NCBI GenBank assembly: GCA_963677925.2
Contig: CAXXYH010000003.1
Span: 512,001-576,000 of the forward strand
Reading direction: 5' to 3'
DNA from: Spirochaetia bacterium
Lineage (GTDB): Bacteria > Spirochaetota > Spirochaetia > UBA9216
Length of the DNA stretch: 64,000 bases
In this document: positions 38,175-48,215 of the stretch, piece by piece
How the letters are laid out: every line of letters begins with the position of its first letter
How positions within the stretch are numbered: position 1 is the stretch's first letter
Made by a program: the position numbers and the translations under genes
Notes under the pieces: model-generated
Seen by the model: the letters and a program-made list of their open reading frames with translations, nothing else
What the model was told of the DNA's origin: nothing
The model's database searches: none

Positions 38175-39043
38175 TCCCTGAGCATATTCTCTACAAACTT
38201 TTTCTTATCAAATTCAGCAAAATCGCTGTATTTTTCGCCAGTACCCATAAAAGCAAACGGAATACCCAGTTTTGTGGATATTGATACTGCTGTTCCGGCT
38301 TTTGCAGTAGAATCATACTTGGTCAGCACAATGCTGTCCACCTTTACCGCCTCACTGAAAAGTTCTGCCTGCCTGAAACCGTTCTGACCCGTGGTAGCAT
38401 CAATTACAAGTATTTTCTGGTAGTTTGCGTCTGGAGCCTTGTTCGCAATTATTTTATCAATCTTCTGAAGCTCCTTCACAAGATTGGCCTTATTATGCAT
38501 GCGGCCGGCAGTATCTGCAATTATAAGTTTTTCCCCCTTTGAAACAGCACTTTCAATACTGTCATATATAACAGCTCCCGGATCCGACCCGGGCTGCTGG
38601 TGGATAACCCTTAAATTCAGCCTTTCACCGTGAAGCTTCAGCTGATCAATTGCCGCGGCCCTGAAAGTATCACCTGCACTTAAAACTGCTTCAAGCTCAT
38701 ATTCACGCCGGTAGAAGTCAGCCATTTTAGCTATACTGGTGGTTTTTCCTACACCGTTCACCCCGAGAACAAGGATAATATTAAGTCTGGAAGGATCTAT
38801 TACCGGCATTCCGGTCTTTATCATATCCTGCAGTTTCTCCTGAAGAAAGCCTGTAACCTCATCCTTTGCAGCCCTGCATTTTTTCCCGAATTTATCTTTC
38901 AGCATGTCGCTGAGTTCCATAGCGGTGGAAGCGCCGATATCCCCTTCAATAAGAAGATCCTCAAGATCTTCATAAAACTCCTCATCAGAGCCTGAACCGC
39001 TGAATAGTTTTTTAAGTTTAGCGCCTAGTCCGTTAACTGCCAA
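38171..39043 (-). CDS. ftsY: SRP receptor FtsY (short form, no acidic domain)
   Basis: GVNGVGKTT, DTFRAAA, DTAGR, DATTGQN, TKYD. Confidence 0.97.
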   Translation of the reverse strand: MAVNGLGAKLKKLFSGSGSDEEFYEDLEDLLIEGDIGASTAMELSDMLKDKFGKKCRAAKDEVTGFLQEKLQDMIKTGMPVIDPSRLNIILVLGVNGVGKTTSIAKMADFYRREYELEAVLSAGDTFRAAAIDQLKLHGERLNLRVIHQQPGSDPGAVIYDSIESAVSKGEKLIIADTAGRMHNKANLVKELQKIDKIIANKAPDANYQKILVIDATTGQNGFRQAELFSEAVKVDSIVLTKYDSTAKAGTAVSISTKLGIPFAFMGTGEKYSDFAEFDKKKFVENMLRE

Positions 39044-39054
39044 AATTTACCTCA

Positions 39055-40503
39055 TCACTTAATTGACATTTCAACACTGTTTATATAATCAACAGCTTTA
39101 ATTATTGTATCAAAAATCAGAAAAACATTCAGCCCTGTACAGCCCAGATATACAGCGTACTGCGCATACTCTAGAGCGATGATGTCATTCAGGACAGACT
39201 GATCGGGATTTTCAAGCGCCAGCTCGGTGTTATATGCAAAAGTAGACTGCTCAACCGCTGAATATGACATCATGGTGAGCGGAATTGACAGCAGTGCAGC
39301 ACCGAAACTTCCGTAAAATGCGGACTTTTTCTTCTGTATATGAAGCTCCTCATCTGCGGCAGAAGAATTAAGATTAATATTCATTAGCGACTGATCGTTC
39401 TCATGAACAAAGAAAATCTGATCTTTATACCCCTCTTTTTTTATCATAACAGTAGCTGGAAATTCATTTACGGTTATTTTGACGGGAGATTCACCTGCCC
39501 ATACAGAATTTTTATATATATCAGCATGCTGCGGAAATGTCTGGATTGTAAATTCTTTCTCAAGCTGTTCATTTAGAAACAGATTATACTCAAGTCTTTC
39601 ATCCGGACTGGTATTTATGACTCTCTCTTCAGATTTAAAACCCGGCATTCTAACCTTAAGGTTATGGGCACCCGGCAGGAGCATGACATCTGATACAAAA
39701 GATATCCCGCTGAATTTATCATCGATATAAATCATAGCATTGCTGTTGCTGCGCAGCGTCAGAAGCGACCATTCCCGATCTCGGAGAGCAGAAATAATAC
39801 GATCTGCCTGCCTGTCTATGATATCAAAAATATTCGCAGCCGATACTGCTGTTTTAAAACTGTAAACAGGAGCTTCCGCGTACCGGTACCAAAGAACCAT
39901 TTCAAGGTAGACAAGCTCATCAACAGCCTCTATATTTCCGCTGAGTATAAAATCAAGATCATATTTATCAGCCGTTGTCTCTTCATCAATCCTGAATTCA
40001 TAAAAACTGTGTTCATCAGGCCTTTTAAAATCAAGTTTCAGACCTGCTGTACGGTTATAAACAGACGCTGCTTCAAAAGATTCATATTCCAGGTTAAGAG
40101 ACTTTATTTGTTCGAGTTTTTCACTGATTTTTTCATCTTTTTCGATCAGACTGTTTTTAAAATCAAGCTGAACTGAACCGGAAAAAAGAAGCTGATCCCT
40201 TTGTGAATAGAGAGTCTCAAGTTCTTTCCGGGCAAGTTTAATTTCTTCAGATTTCTCTTCTCGGGCCATTCGCCCAAGTTCAGCAGGACCGGCAAAACGG
40301 CTTTCTGTTATTCTGATTTTCTCATATATCCGTGCAGGAAGAGCAGAAGACAGATACGCATTTCCGGAAGAACCGGTGTAACTGAATTCGGTTATTCCGA
40401 CTGACAGGGCTTGCTCAAGATCAAGGGAATAGGCAGCAGATGCAGAAAACAGTATCAGTAAAACCGTAATAAGTTTTCGTGTTTCAGTTGACTGATTTTT
40501 CAT
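39055..40503 (-). CDS. PEGA domain-containing exported/membrane protein
   Basis: Signal peptide; AMIYID...PGAHNLKVRMPGF and TFPQHADIY...GESP PEGA repeats; C-terminal hydrophobic segments. Confidence 0.8.
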   Translation of the reverse strand: MKNQSTETRKLITVLLILFSASAAYSLDLEQALSVGITEFSYTGSSGNAYLSSALPARIYEKIRITESRFAGPAELGRMAREEKSEEIKLARKELETLYSQRDQLLFSGSVQLDFKNSLIEKDEKISEKLEQIKSLNLEYESFEAASVYNRTAGLKLDFKRPDEHSFYEFRIDEETTADKYDLDFILSGNIEAVDELVYLEMVLWYRYAEAPVYSFKTAVSAANIFDIIDRQADRIISALRDREWSLLTLRSNSNAMIYIDDKFSGISFVSDVMLLPGAHNLKVRMPGFKSEERVINTSPDERLEYNLFLNEQLEKEFTIQTFPQHADIYKNSVWAGESPVKITVNEFPATVMIKKEGYKDQIFFVHENDQSLMNINLNSSAADEELHIQKKKSAFYGSFGAALLSIPLTMMSYSAVEQSTFAYNTELALENPDQSVLNDIIALEYAQYAVYLGCTGLNVFLIFDTIIKAVDYINSVEMSIK

Positions 40504-40903
40504 TATAACCGGCAGCTTTCCTTACTGCAGAAAGGATTCTCTCTGGTTTAAACGGCTTTACTATAAAATCCCTGGCTCCGAGCTGAATCGACTTGATAAT
40601 AAATTTATCCTGTCCCATAGCAGAGCACATTATTACTCTGGCGTTGCCGTCAATTTTCATCAGCTTTTCAAGTGCTTCCAGCCCGTCCATTACGGGCATG
40701 GTTATATCAAGCAGAACGATATCGACCGGATTGCTGTAATACTTCTCAAGGCATTCAAGACCGTTTTCGGCTTCATCAGCAACCGGAATTGATGCCTCTT
40801 CGAGTATTTCACGTATTACGGTTCTCATAAACGACAGATCATCGACTATCATCACTCCGCGTGACAGTAACCCGTCCGTCAGTTTTTCTGCGCCCAGTTC
40901 CAT
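40484..40903 (-). CDS. CheY-like stand-alone response regulator
   Basis: IVDD, LLDITMPVMDG, MCSAMGQ, FIVKPF; SD GAGGA upstream of ATG 40903. Confidence 0.9.
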   Translation of the reverse strand: MELGAEKLTDGLLSRGVMIVDDLSFMRTVIREILEEASIPVADEAENGLECLEKYYSNPVDIVLLDITMPVMDGLEALEKLMKIDGNARVIMCSAMGQDKFIIKSIQLGARDFIVKPFKPERILSAVRKAAGYNEKSVN

Positions 40904-41983
40904 TTAAGAAATTCCTCTATAAACTTTTCGAGGTCTCCATCCATCACCGCCTGAATATTTCCGGTTTCATGCCTGGTTCTGTGATCTTTTACCATGTTGT
41001 AGGGATGAAAGACATATGATCTAATCTGATTTCCCCAGGAAATATCCTTTTTTTCCTGGGCATGCTTTTCATTCTCTTTTTCCTGCTCAGCCTGATAGTG
41101 CTCATAGAGCCTGGAACGCAGAACCTTCATTGCATTAGCCTTATTCTTATGCTGGCTGCGCTCATTCTGACACTGTACGACAATACCGGTAGCAATATGA
41201 GTAATTCTTACCGCAGAATCGGTCTTGTTAACATGCTGACCGCCTGCGCCGGAAGCCCTGTATGTATCAATCCGGATATCATCCGGCTTGATATCAACAT
41301 CAATATCATCTTCAATCACCGGTGATACATATACGGATGCAAATGAGGTATGGCGTCTGGCACTTGAATCGAATGGAGAAATTCTTACAAGCCTGTGTAT
41401 ACCTGATTCGCCCTTGAGGTATCCGTGAGCATAGTCGCCTGAAACCTGAACAGTAACAGACTTTATTCCGCCTTCAGCTTCAAGTAAATCAAGCAGACTG
41501 AACTTAAAATCATGTCTTTCAATCCATCTTGAATACATACGGTAAAGCATATTAACCCAGTCACAAGCTTCGGTACCGCCTGCACCGGAATGTATAGTGA
41601 GAAATGCATTATTTGCATCAAATTTATCGCCAAGGAGCTCAAGTATTTCAAGTTTTTCATATCGGGATGCTATGGCATCTACCGCTGATTTAATTTCAGG
41701 TTCAAGAGATTCATCCTCTTCCTCAACTGCCAGCGTATAAAGTTCTCTTGCGTCTTCCACATCGGTTTTAATCTGCTCCCAGGGTTCAAGTCTTCCCCTG
41801 ATCCGCTTCATATCGCCAAGTACTTTCTCCGCATTTTCACGATCATTCCAGAAATTCTCGTCAGCTGTCTGTTTTTCAAAATCGGCTATCTGTGACTTCA
41901 GCTTATCCGGGTCAAAGATGCCTCCATGTTTCTGATATCTTTTTTTCGAGCTGAACAAGCTCTGAGTCTATATCCTGCAGCAT
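40879..41983 (-). CDS. prfB: Peptide chain release factor 2 (programmed +1 frameshift)
   Basis: ATG 41983 with GGGAGG SD gives MLQDIDSELVQLEKKISETWRHL then CTT-TGA-C; downstream frame has SPF and GGQ motifs. Confidence 0.97.
41911..41925 (-). other. prfB +1 ribosomal frameshift cassette
   Basis: GGAGG-CAT-CTT-TGA-C, canonical internal SD plus slippery stop. Confidence 0.95.
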
Positions 41984-42002
41984 AAAGCCTCCCGTTTGTC
42001 TG

Positions 42003-42275
42003 CTATGTTTTAATAACTGATTTTTTCCACTTCTTTTCGTTGAGAAATGATATTACCATAGTTCCCTCAAAAGGATACTGATAAAACCGGATTTTATCAT
42101 AAAAATCGGTGGATTTATCTATATCCCATTTCAGCCGCTGAAGCGCCTTCTCACTGATTGAAGTACTTTCAAAGGTATTCTCGATTACACTCTTAAAACC
42201 GTATCGGCGGAGATAATCAAAAACCTGATCCCTGTGGCCGCCGTCGGCAATATCACATACTACTGATACGAACAT
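42003..42275 (-). CDS. Orphan Cas2/VapD-like small protein
   Basis: 90 aa; VSVVCDI (cf. Cas2 xVxYDI), LRRYGF, ENTFE (cf. QxSVFE), DKIRFY (cf. DSIRIY); no cas1 or array in window. Confidence 0.7.
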   Translation of the reverse strand: MFVSVVCDIADGGHRDQVFDYLRRYGFKSVIENTFESTSISEKALQRLKWDIDKSTDFYDKIRFYQYPFEGTMVISFLNEKKWKKSVIKT

Positions 42276-42281
42276 TGGTAC

Positions 42282-42310
42282 AGTTTAGAAAGATATTTTT
42301 TTTATGTCAA
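42282..42310 (-). promoter_or_regulatory. sigma70 promoter giving a predicted leaderless cas2-like-prfB transcript
   Basis: TTGACA (42310-42305) N17 TAAACT (42287-42282), 6 nt before ATG 42275. Confidence 0.75.
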
Positions 42311-42362
42311 ACCCTCTTTTTCCTATGGTGTATACCGAATCAGACCGAATATAATAATAGAT

Positions 42363-43598
42363 ATGAAAAAGAGTATTATTCTGCTCAGTTTATTTACAAT
42401 CGCATGTTCCGCTCTATTCAGTCAGGAAAATTCCATCTTTACTCCCTTTGTCTCAAGACTTAAGGCTGAGTCGGGAGATAACAGTATAACACTTACCTGG
42501 AACGATACAGATGATGTGGACGGTCTTTGTATAATCTACAGAAATACTGTTCAGATTACTTCTGAAAATCTGTCTTCTGCGGTTAAAATTGCACGTGTTG
42601 CAAAAGATATTGAATATTATGAAGATTTCCCTCCCTACAGCAGAACTGATTATTATTATGCAGTTTTCATGGAAGAGCCTGACGGAAATTTCAATGAAGT
42701 TTTTATTCCTTTCAGGAATTTGACAACCAAGGGTGCAAGAATAGCTGAAAAAATCAAGGATAACAGTCCTTCTCTCATCACAAGCTTAAAAGCCTGGGCT
42801 ACGGAAGAAGCCATACAGCTTTCATTCCGCTCAAGCAAACCAGCATCGGAACTTTTTGTATACAGAAACACTGAACCTATCGAATCCCGTGATGATCTGC
42901 TTGCAGCCAACCTTATAGCGACTATCCAGGGTTCTGCCAGCTCATATACTGATTATCCGGTTCCGGGGATCGGATACTATTACGGAATCATAGATTCAAA
43001 TCTTATTAAAACCGGTAATTTTATTTTCAAAGCGGGTGAAAACTTCACTTCTGTACCTGTAGAAATTACACTTAAAAGTACTGAACGTGTCGGTCTGCCT
43101 AAAGCCGCAATCTCAAGACCCAGACCACTTCCCTACCTTTCATTAAGCCGCGGATTTCAAACCGGCCGTGAACTTTCCACATCGGCAATTGACATAATTC
43201 CCTACAAGAAAAATATCTCAACATCTACAGAAGCCGCTGTTTCCATGCTTCTTAGAGGAATCAGCCTTCCGGAGGACAAGATAATCGAACCGGTTATCCT
43301 CAAACAGGATAGAAATCCTGCACAGGGAAGTGAACGGGCAATTCTTTCGGCAATTCTAAATTCAGAGTTTTCCGGCGGGGATTATGAAGCTGCAAAACTG
43401 AGACTTATTGATTTTCAGAAGATACGCCGAGACCGTGACATTGAAGCTTCAGCAAGTTTTTATCTTGGTCAGGTCTATTATTTCCTCGAGGACTATAATA
43501 ACTCGTTCAAGGCCTTTCTCAAGGCTCAGGACAAGTTTTATATCGAATCTAGGCCCTGGATTGACAGCCTCTTCATTAAAATGCGCAAAATTGATTAA
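42363..43598 (+). CDS. Exported hypothetical protein, FN3-like repeats plus C-terminal TPR
   Basis: Signal peptide; two ITLTW/IQLSF...IYR...YYY repeats; ASFYLGQVYYFLEDY TPR. Confidence 0.7.
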   Translation: MKKSIILLSLFTIACSALFSQENSIFTPFVSRLKAESGDNSITLTWNDTDDVDGLCIIYRNTVQITSENLSSAVKIARVAKDIEYYEDFPPYSRTDYYYAVFMEEPDGNFNEVFIPFRNLTTKGARIAEKIKDNSPSLITSLKAWATEEAIQLSFRSSKPASELFVYRNTEPIESRDDLLAANLIATIQGSASSYTDYPVPGIGYYYGIIDSNLIKTGNFIFKAGENFTSVPVEITLKSTERVGLPKAAISRPRPLPYLSLSRGFQTGRELSTSAIDIIPYKKNISTSTEAAVSMLLRGISLPEDKIIEPVILKQDRNPAQGSERAILSAILNSEFSGGDYEAAKLRLIDFQKIRRDRDIEASASFYLGQVYYFLEDYNNSFKAFLKAQDKFYIESRPWIDSLFIKMRKID

Positions 43599-45605
43599 TC
43601 AACTTCGTTCAAGCCGCAGCTGAACCCGGTTTTTCCAGCTCTTTCCGGGACTTACGGTAAGTTCCCATTTCTGCAGAAAACAGCATGACTGATACAGCTC
43701 CTCAACTTCTTTACCGGTTCCAGTGCGGGTCTTAACCGGAAAAGCCCAAAGGGAACAGGGGATATCAGGATTCAGCGAAATACCGGTCTTCCTTTTAATA
43801 TCATTTACCTGGATCTCGGTTACTCCGCTGTCGCTGAAAACCTCGCCTTCAGGAACTGATTCACTGTCAGTCTTTAAAAGCTTGAACTCTGCGCCGCAGC
43901 TGTACGGATCGCCGAAGGACAGATTGATTTCTGTTCCGAAAACAGTATTTAAAACATCCTCGGATTTATTGATAATTTCATAGTCAACGATAACGCTGTT
44001 TCGTTTAAAACTGTATTCTTTTTTCAGTATTACTGGAAAACGGTTTTTCTTTGTACTGATATTTCCATTTCGTACAAGAAGGACTGTTTTCTTCTCCCTG
44101 TTATATTTTTCAATCCGGTAGGGCGCCGAAAGAAAATCACCGGCTTCACGGTATTTCATTTCATAGAAATTCTGCAGTTTTTCATCAGGATGAAGGAAAT
44201 GATCAACAAAAGCATTTCTGGTATACCAGTCTTTCACTTCATCAGCACTATGATACCATTCATGATGCCTTGCCATAGTGTCCACATAATTATATGAAAC
44301 CCTGAGGTAATCAAGTTCGAAGATCATTCCTCCGTTCAAATGAATGAAGGCGTTCATTCCCGGCCCGCGGTAAATAAGTTCTTCTACACCATCCAGATCA
44401 AAGTCATCTTTTACAAGACTGGTTTTAAAGACGCCCCGTTCTCTTGAATACTTATCAGCCTCTATCAAAGCAGAATAAGCCTTGGCCCTTGCATCAGATG
44501 AGTAAATACCGGGGTCACCGCCGCCGTGCCAGTAAGCAATATGATTCTGACTCTTCCACAGCTCATTTTCAGCACTTTTCTTTCTCTGTTTATCACCACG
44601 AAGCTGGGAAATAAGATAATGGATGTTAATCATCCTTGAATACAGGTTATTGCTCTCGGGATATTTAGCCAGAAAGTGTCTGAAAAAACTCTGGTTGTTA
44701 ACAGGGTTTATTGCAAGTGAGGTATCTTCATATTTATCAGACCACCCTTCTTCATAATCCAGCCGATCACGGTAAACCGGGCCCGACCAGCGTCCTACAT
44801 CACCGGGCGAAACACATCCGAAATATACTTTTTTAAGATGCCCCAGACTCCTTGTAATTTTACCGGGCAGCTGAACATCAATTTTTCTGCTGTTTTGACC
44901 TATAAGTTCAAAAATGCGTCTTATTTTATCTCCTGCACCCTTTGAAAAATCGAGATCCTCTCCTCTCAGAAGAAAACTGACAATGCGTTCTTCCTTCTCA
45001 CTTCTGCATTCAAGAATTGAGGAAACAATCTCTTCGGGTGTAGATATGGGAAACTGGCTTAGAATTCTGTTGGAAAGGGGTATTACAATTATTTTTTTAC
45101 CCTGATCTTCAGTCATACAGGGCTGATAGAGTTCACCGTTAAATAGACCGGCATCCTCAAAGAATTCTTCATCAAGAAATGTATATTCCATGCCGGCATA
45201 ATTCATCGTCATTGGCATTGAGGGTTCCCAGACTTTTTCTGTTATCCACATGCCCCGGGGACGCTTTCCGAATCTTCGTCTCAACTCGGTAGTCATCAGT
45301 TCAATCTGTCCAACCTTGTCTTTTCTGGGAATTAATGAAAAGAGAGGAGAATAATACCCCCCACCGAGTATTTCGATTTTACGCTCACGGAACAGATCGT
45401 TAAAAAGCATCTGCATACCCGCATGCTTATCAATTATCCAGGAAAGCAGTTCACCGCTGTAATACATAGTTACAGGTATTTTACAGTCGTGGATCAGTTT
45501 GAGAAAAGGGAGGTATGAATTTTCATAAACCTGATTGAGTTTTTCTTCTGTAAAAGATGCGGAACCGTTATTAACGGTTCCTATAATTAATTTGACTTTC
45601 TTCAC
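43599..45605 (-). CDS. GH57 alpha-amylase/4-alpha-glucanotransferase-like protein
   Basis: YENSYLPF, EILGGGYY, PRGMWITEKVWEP, FLAKYPESN, YWHG, DFDLDG, GGMIFELD. Confidence 0.85.
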   Translation of the reverse strand: MKKVKLIIGTVNNGSASFTEEKLNQVYENSYLPFLKLIHDCKIPVTMYYSGELLSWIIDKHAGMQMLFNDLFRERKIEILGGGYYSPLFSLIPRKDKVGQIELMTTELRRRFGKRPRGMWITEKVWEPSMPMTMNYAGMEYTFLDEEFFEDAGLFNGELYQPCMTEDQGKKIIVIPLSNRILSQFPISTPEEIVSSILECRSEKEERIVSFLLRGEDLDFSKGAGDKIRRIFELIGQNSRKIDVQLPGKITRSLGHLKKVYFGCVSPGDVGRWSGPVYRDRLDYEEGWSDKYEDTSLAINPVNNQSFFRHFLAKYPESNNLYSRMINIHYLISQLRGDKQRKKSAENELWKSQNHIAYWHGGGDPGIYSSDARAKAYSALIEADKYSRERGVFKTSLVKDDFDLDGVEELIYRGPGMNAFIHLNGGMIFELDYLRVSYNYVDTMARHHEWYHSADEVKDWYTRNAFVDHFLHPDEKLQNFYEMKYREAGDFLSAPYRIEKYNREKKTVLLVRNGNISTKKNRFPVILKKEYSFKRNSVIVDYEIINKSEDVLNTVFGTEINLSFGDPYSCGAEFKLLKTDSESVPEGEVFSDSGVTEIQVNDIKRKTGISLNPDIPCSLWAFPVKTRTGTGKEVEELYQSCCFLQKWELTVSPGKSWKNRVQLRLERS

Positions 45606-45634
45606 TACCTGTTGTCTCCGGCTACTACCCCTCC

Positions 45635-46444
45635 CTATTCAGCAGCATCCAGATCAATAATACATTTCGCAGGGCACACCTCAACAGCTTCAGACCTGCT
45701 CCCCGCGGATGAATAATCTATAGTAGCCAGAAAATTCTCTACGCGGAATCCCCCTTCGGGAGATTTCTTATCACACATTTTACACCCTATGCAGCCGACT
45801 GAACAGTACTTTCTTACAACTCCGCCTTTATCTGTGGAATTGCAGGCTACAATATGAGAGGCGCTGTATGGTATCATTTTAATGACACCGGTAGGACATA
45901 CATCTACACACTTTTCGCATGAAATGCACTTGTCTTTATCAATATCAAGCCATCCGGCTTCAGTTTTTACTATTGCATCTACAGGACAAACCTTAATGCA
46001 GCTGCCGAGTCCAAGACAGCCGTGGGGACAGGTTTTGTCGCCGCCGAAAGATGAATGCATTGCATTACAGTCATCAAGTCCGTTGTATTCGTATTTCTTG
46101 GTGCTGGTTGCAGCAGTTCCTCTGCAGTGAACCTGAGCAACCATCTTTTCAGCGGAAACATCTGCTGAAACGCCCATAAGCTCACCAATCTTTTTTACAA
46201 CATCGGCTCCTCCGGGACTGCAGCGGGTAATTTCAACATCATCCTTAACTATGGCTTCAGCATATCCCGAACATCCCGGGTATCCGCAGGCACCGCAGTT
46301 AACGCCGGGAAGAATCTCCTCTACCTGTTCGATTCTTTCATCTTTTTTTACTGCAAATATCTTTGCGGCATAGGCAAGCGCAATTCCCAGAAGTCCGCCC
46401 AGAACTCCGACTGATAAAAAGGCGTATATTACTCTGTCGATCAT
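45635..46444 (-). CDS. rnfB: Rnf electron transport complex subunit B
   Basis: LPGVNCGACGYPGC, multiple 4Fe-4S motifs. Confidence 0.95.
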   Translation of the reverse strand: MIDRVIYAFLSVGVLGGLLGIALAYAAKIFAVKKDERIEQVEEILPGVNCGACGYPGCSGYAEAIVKDDVEITRCSPGGADVVKKIGELMGVSADVSAEKMVAQVHCRGTAATSTKKYEYNGLDDCNAMHSSFGGDKTCPHGCLGLGSCIKVCPVDAIVKTEAGWLDIDKDKCISCEKCVDVCPTGVIKMIPYSASHIVACNSTDKGGVVRKYCSVGCIGCKMCDKKSPEGGFRVENFLATIDYSSAGSRSEAVEVCPAKCIIDLDAAE

Positions 46445-46452
46445 ATTCTCTC

Positions 46453-47043
46453 CTAGCCTATAAGATTATTCAGCAGTGCTTTGTCAAAAGCCATAAAAGC
46501 AAGCGCCATCAGTCCGCCGGTAATAAAAGCTATCGGCGTACCTCTAAGCGGTTTTGGGACCCACTCAGAGTCAAGCTTTTCCCTGATTGTAGACATCAGA
46601 AGAATAGCGAGAAGAAAACCAAGACCTGCAGCAAGACCGGCAACAAAGCTCTCAATTGCGTTATAGTTGCTTCGAACTGCTATGAGCGCTATACCGAGTA
46701 CTGCACAGTTTGTTGTTATAAGGGGAAGGTAAATACCAAGCGCCTTGTAAAGAGATGGTGATGATTTCTGAACGAACATCTCAACAAACTGAACAAGAGC
46801 AGCAATCATCAGAATAAATGAAATTGTCTGAAGAAACTCAATATGCAGCGGAACCAGAATGAAATTCTGTATTGCCCATGTTGCAAGAGCCGCTATAGAC
46901 ATAACAAATGTAACAGCAAAACCCATTCCTATGGCAGATTCTACATTCTTTGAAACTCCGATAAAGGGGCAGAGACCCAGAAACTGAGTAAGAATAAAGT
47001 TATTTATAAAAACAAAGGTTATTATTATGCCAACATATGTCAT
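46453..47043 (-). CDS. rnfA: Rnf complex subunit A
   Basis: FLGLCPFIGVSK, LPLITTNCAVLG. Confidence 0.96.
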   Translation of the reverse strand: MTYVGIIITFVFINNFILTQFLGLCPFIGVSKNVESAIGMGFAVTFVMSIAALATWAIQNFILVPLHIEFLQTISFILMIAALVQFVEMFVQKSSPSLYKALGIYLPLITTNCAVLGIALIAVRSNYNAIESFVAGLAAGLGFLLAILLMSTIREKLDSEWVPKPLRGTPIAFITGGLMALAFMAFDKALLNNLIG

Positions 47044-47666
47044 TTTGCAGCTCCTGATTTTTTCATGCCGTACCAGATGAAGAAGGCCTGAAGATATCCC
47101 ATAACAAGCAATGCTCCTGCAGCCAGGGTGAAGACTCTGGCGGGTGATGCTGACAGTCCGGGAATTGAAATAATTCCATCCCAGCCGCCGACAGGTACAA
47201 GGGTTATTGTTCCTGCACCAAGAACCTCACGAACTAGGGCTATTAGAATAAGTGAAAGTGTAAATCCTATTCCCATACCAAGCGCGTCTATAATAGATGC
47301 GCCCACAGTGTTCTTGTTCGCAAAAGCTTCAGCACGTCCGAGAATTACACAGTTTACAACAATAAGAGGAACGAAAACTCCGAGAGCTTCATAGAGTGCC
47401 GGGATAAACGCTTCCATTACCATTTGAACTATTGTAACAAAGGAGGCGATAATTACGATGTACGCAGGAATTCTGACCTTTCCGGGAATAAAGTTCTTCA
47501 GAAGTGCGACAAAGATATTGGAGCCTAGAAGAACGAATATTACTCCGGCGCCCATACCGAGTGCATTAACTACCTTTGAGGTTACACCTAAAGAGGGACA
47601 GAGTCCGAGGGCAAGTACAAATACAGGGTTTTCCTTGAAGATACCCTTGGTGAATTCTTTAAGCAT
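47040..47666 (-). CDS. rnfE: Rnf complex subunit E
   Basis: ENPVFVLALGLCP, PLIVVNCVILGRAEAFA. Confidence 0.96.
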   Translation of the reverse strand: MLKEFTKGIFKENPVFVLALGLCPSLGVTSKVVNALGMGAGVIFVLLGSNIFVALLKNFIPGKVRIPAYIVIIASFVTIVQMVMEAFIPALYEALGVFVPLIVVNCVILGRAEAFANKNTVGASIIDALGMGIGFTLSLILIALVREVLGAGTITLVPVGGWDGIISIPGLSASPARVFTLAAGALLVMGYLQAFFIWYGMKKSGAAK

Positions 47667-48215
47667 CTACATGCCCTCCTTGTTTTTAACATATTCGGAG
47701 CCGCTGATGAGAGCCTTGCCGATTCCGGCAAAAGTAATCGTAGCGCCTGAAATTGTATCGGCATCAGCCTGTGCAAGCTGATTTTTCATTGAAGGAATAT
47801 CATTCCCGCTGAAACCGAGATATTTTTCCATATAAACTGATTTTTCAGCTTCTTTTCCCAGACCGGGAGTTTCCTCATCCTGCATAAGAACGACCCCGTA
47901 GACCGAGCCGTCAGGCTTGTAGCTGGCAAGGATAATCAGGTTGCCGCCGTATCCCGAACCCTTAAGATTGAGGATGTATCCTGTAGGCTCCCCGGCATCT
48001 TCTGTTTTGTAATAGCTCATAACAACAGGATCACCAGCTTCAGTCAGTTCACCGATGGTTCCGCCGGGTGATACCTGCTCCAGAGCAGCCTTCAGCTTTT
48101 CAGCCCTGAATTTTGCAATCTGCGGTTCGGTAATCATGTTTACAATTCCGAGAAGGAATGCTGAAACAGCACAGATAAGAGCGAGTTTGCTTCCAATCTT
48201 CAACATACTATTCAC
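47667..48215 (-). CDS. rnfG: Rnf complex subunit G
   Basis: GYGG, ETPGLG, ISGATIT FMN-binding motif. Confidence 0.93.
   Translation of the reverse strand: MNSMLKIGSKLALICAVSAFLLGIVNMITEPQIAKFRAEKLKAALEQVSPGGTIGELTEAGDPVVMSYYKTEDAGEPTGYILNLKGSGYGGNLIILASYKPDGSVYGVVLMQDEETPGLGKEAEKSVYMEKYLGFSGNDIPSMKNQLAQADADTISGATITFAGIGKALISGSEYVKNKEGM

Noticed and set aside
40855-40867. Non-canonical CTG start for the CheY-like gene
   Set aside because: The upstream in-frame ATG 40903 has a well-spaced GAGGA SD, so no unusual start is needed
41915-41958. ORF-track N-terminus MFSSKKRYQKHGGIF for RF2
   Set aside because: Artefact of the +1 frameshift; the true start is ATG 41983 with an SD
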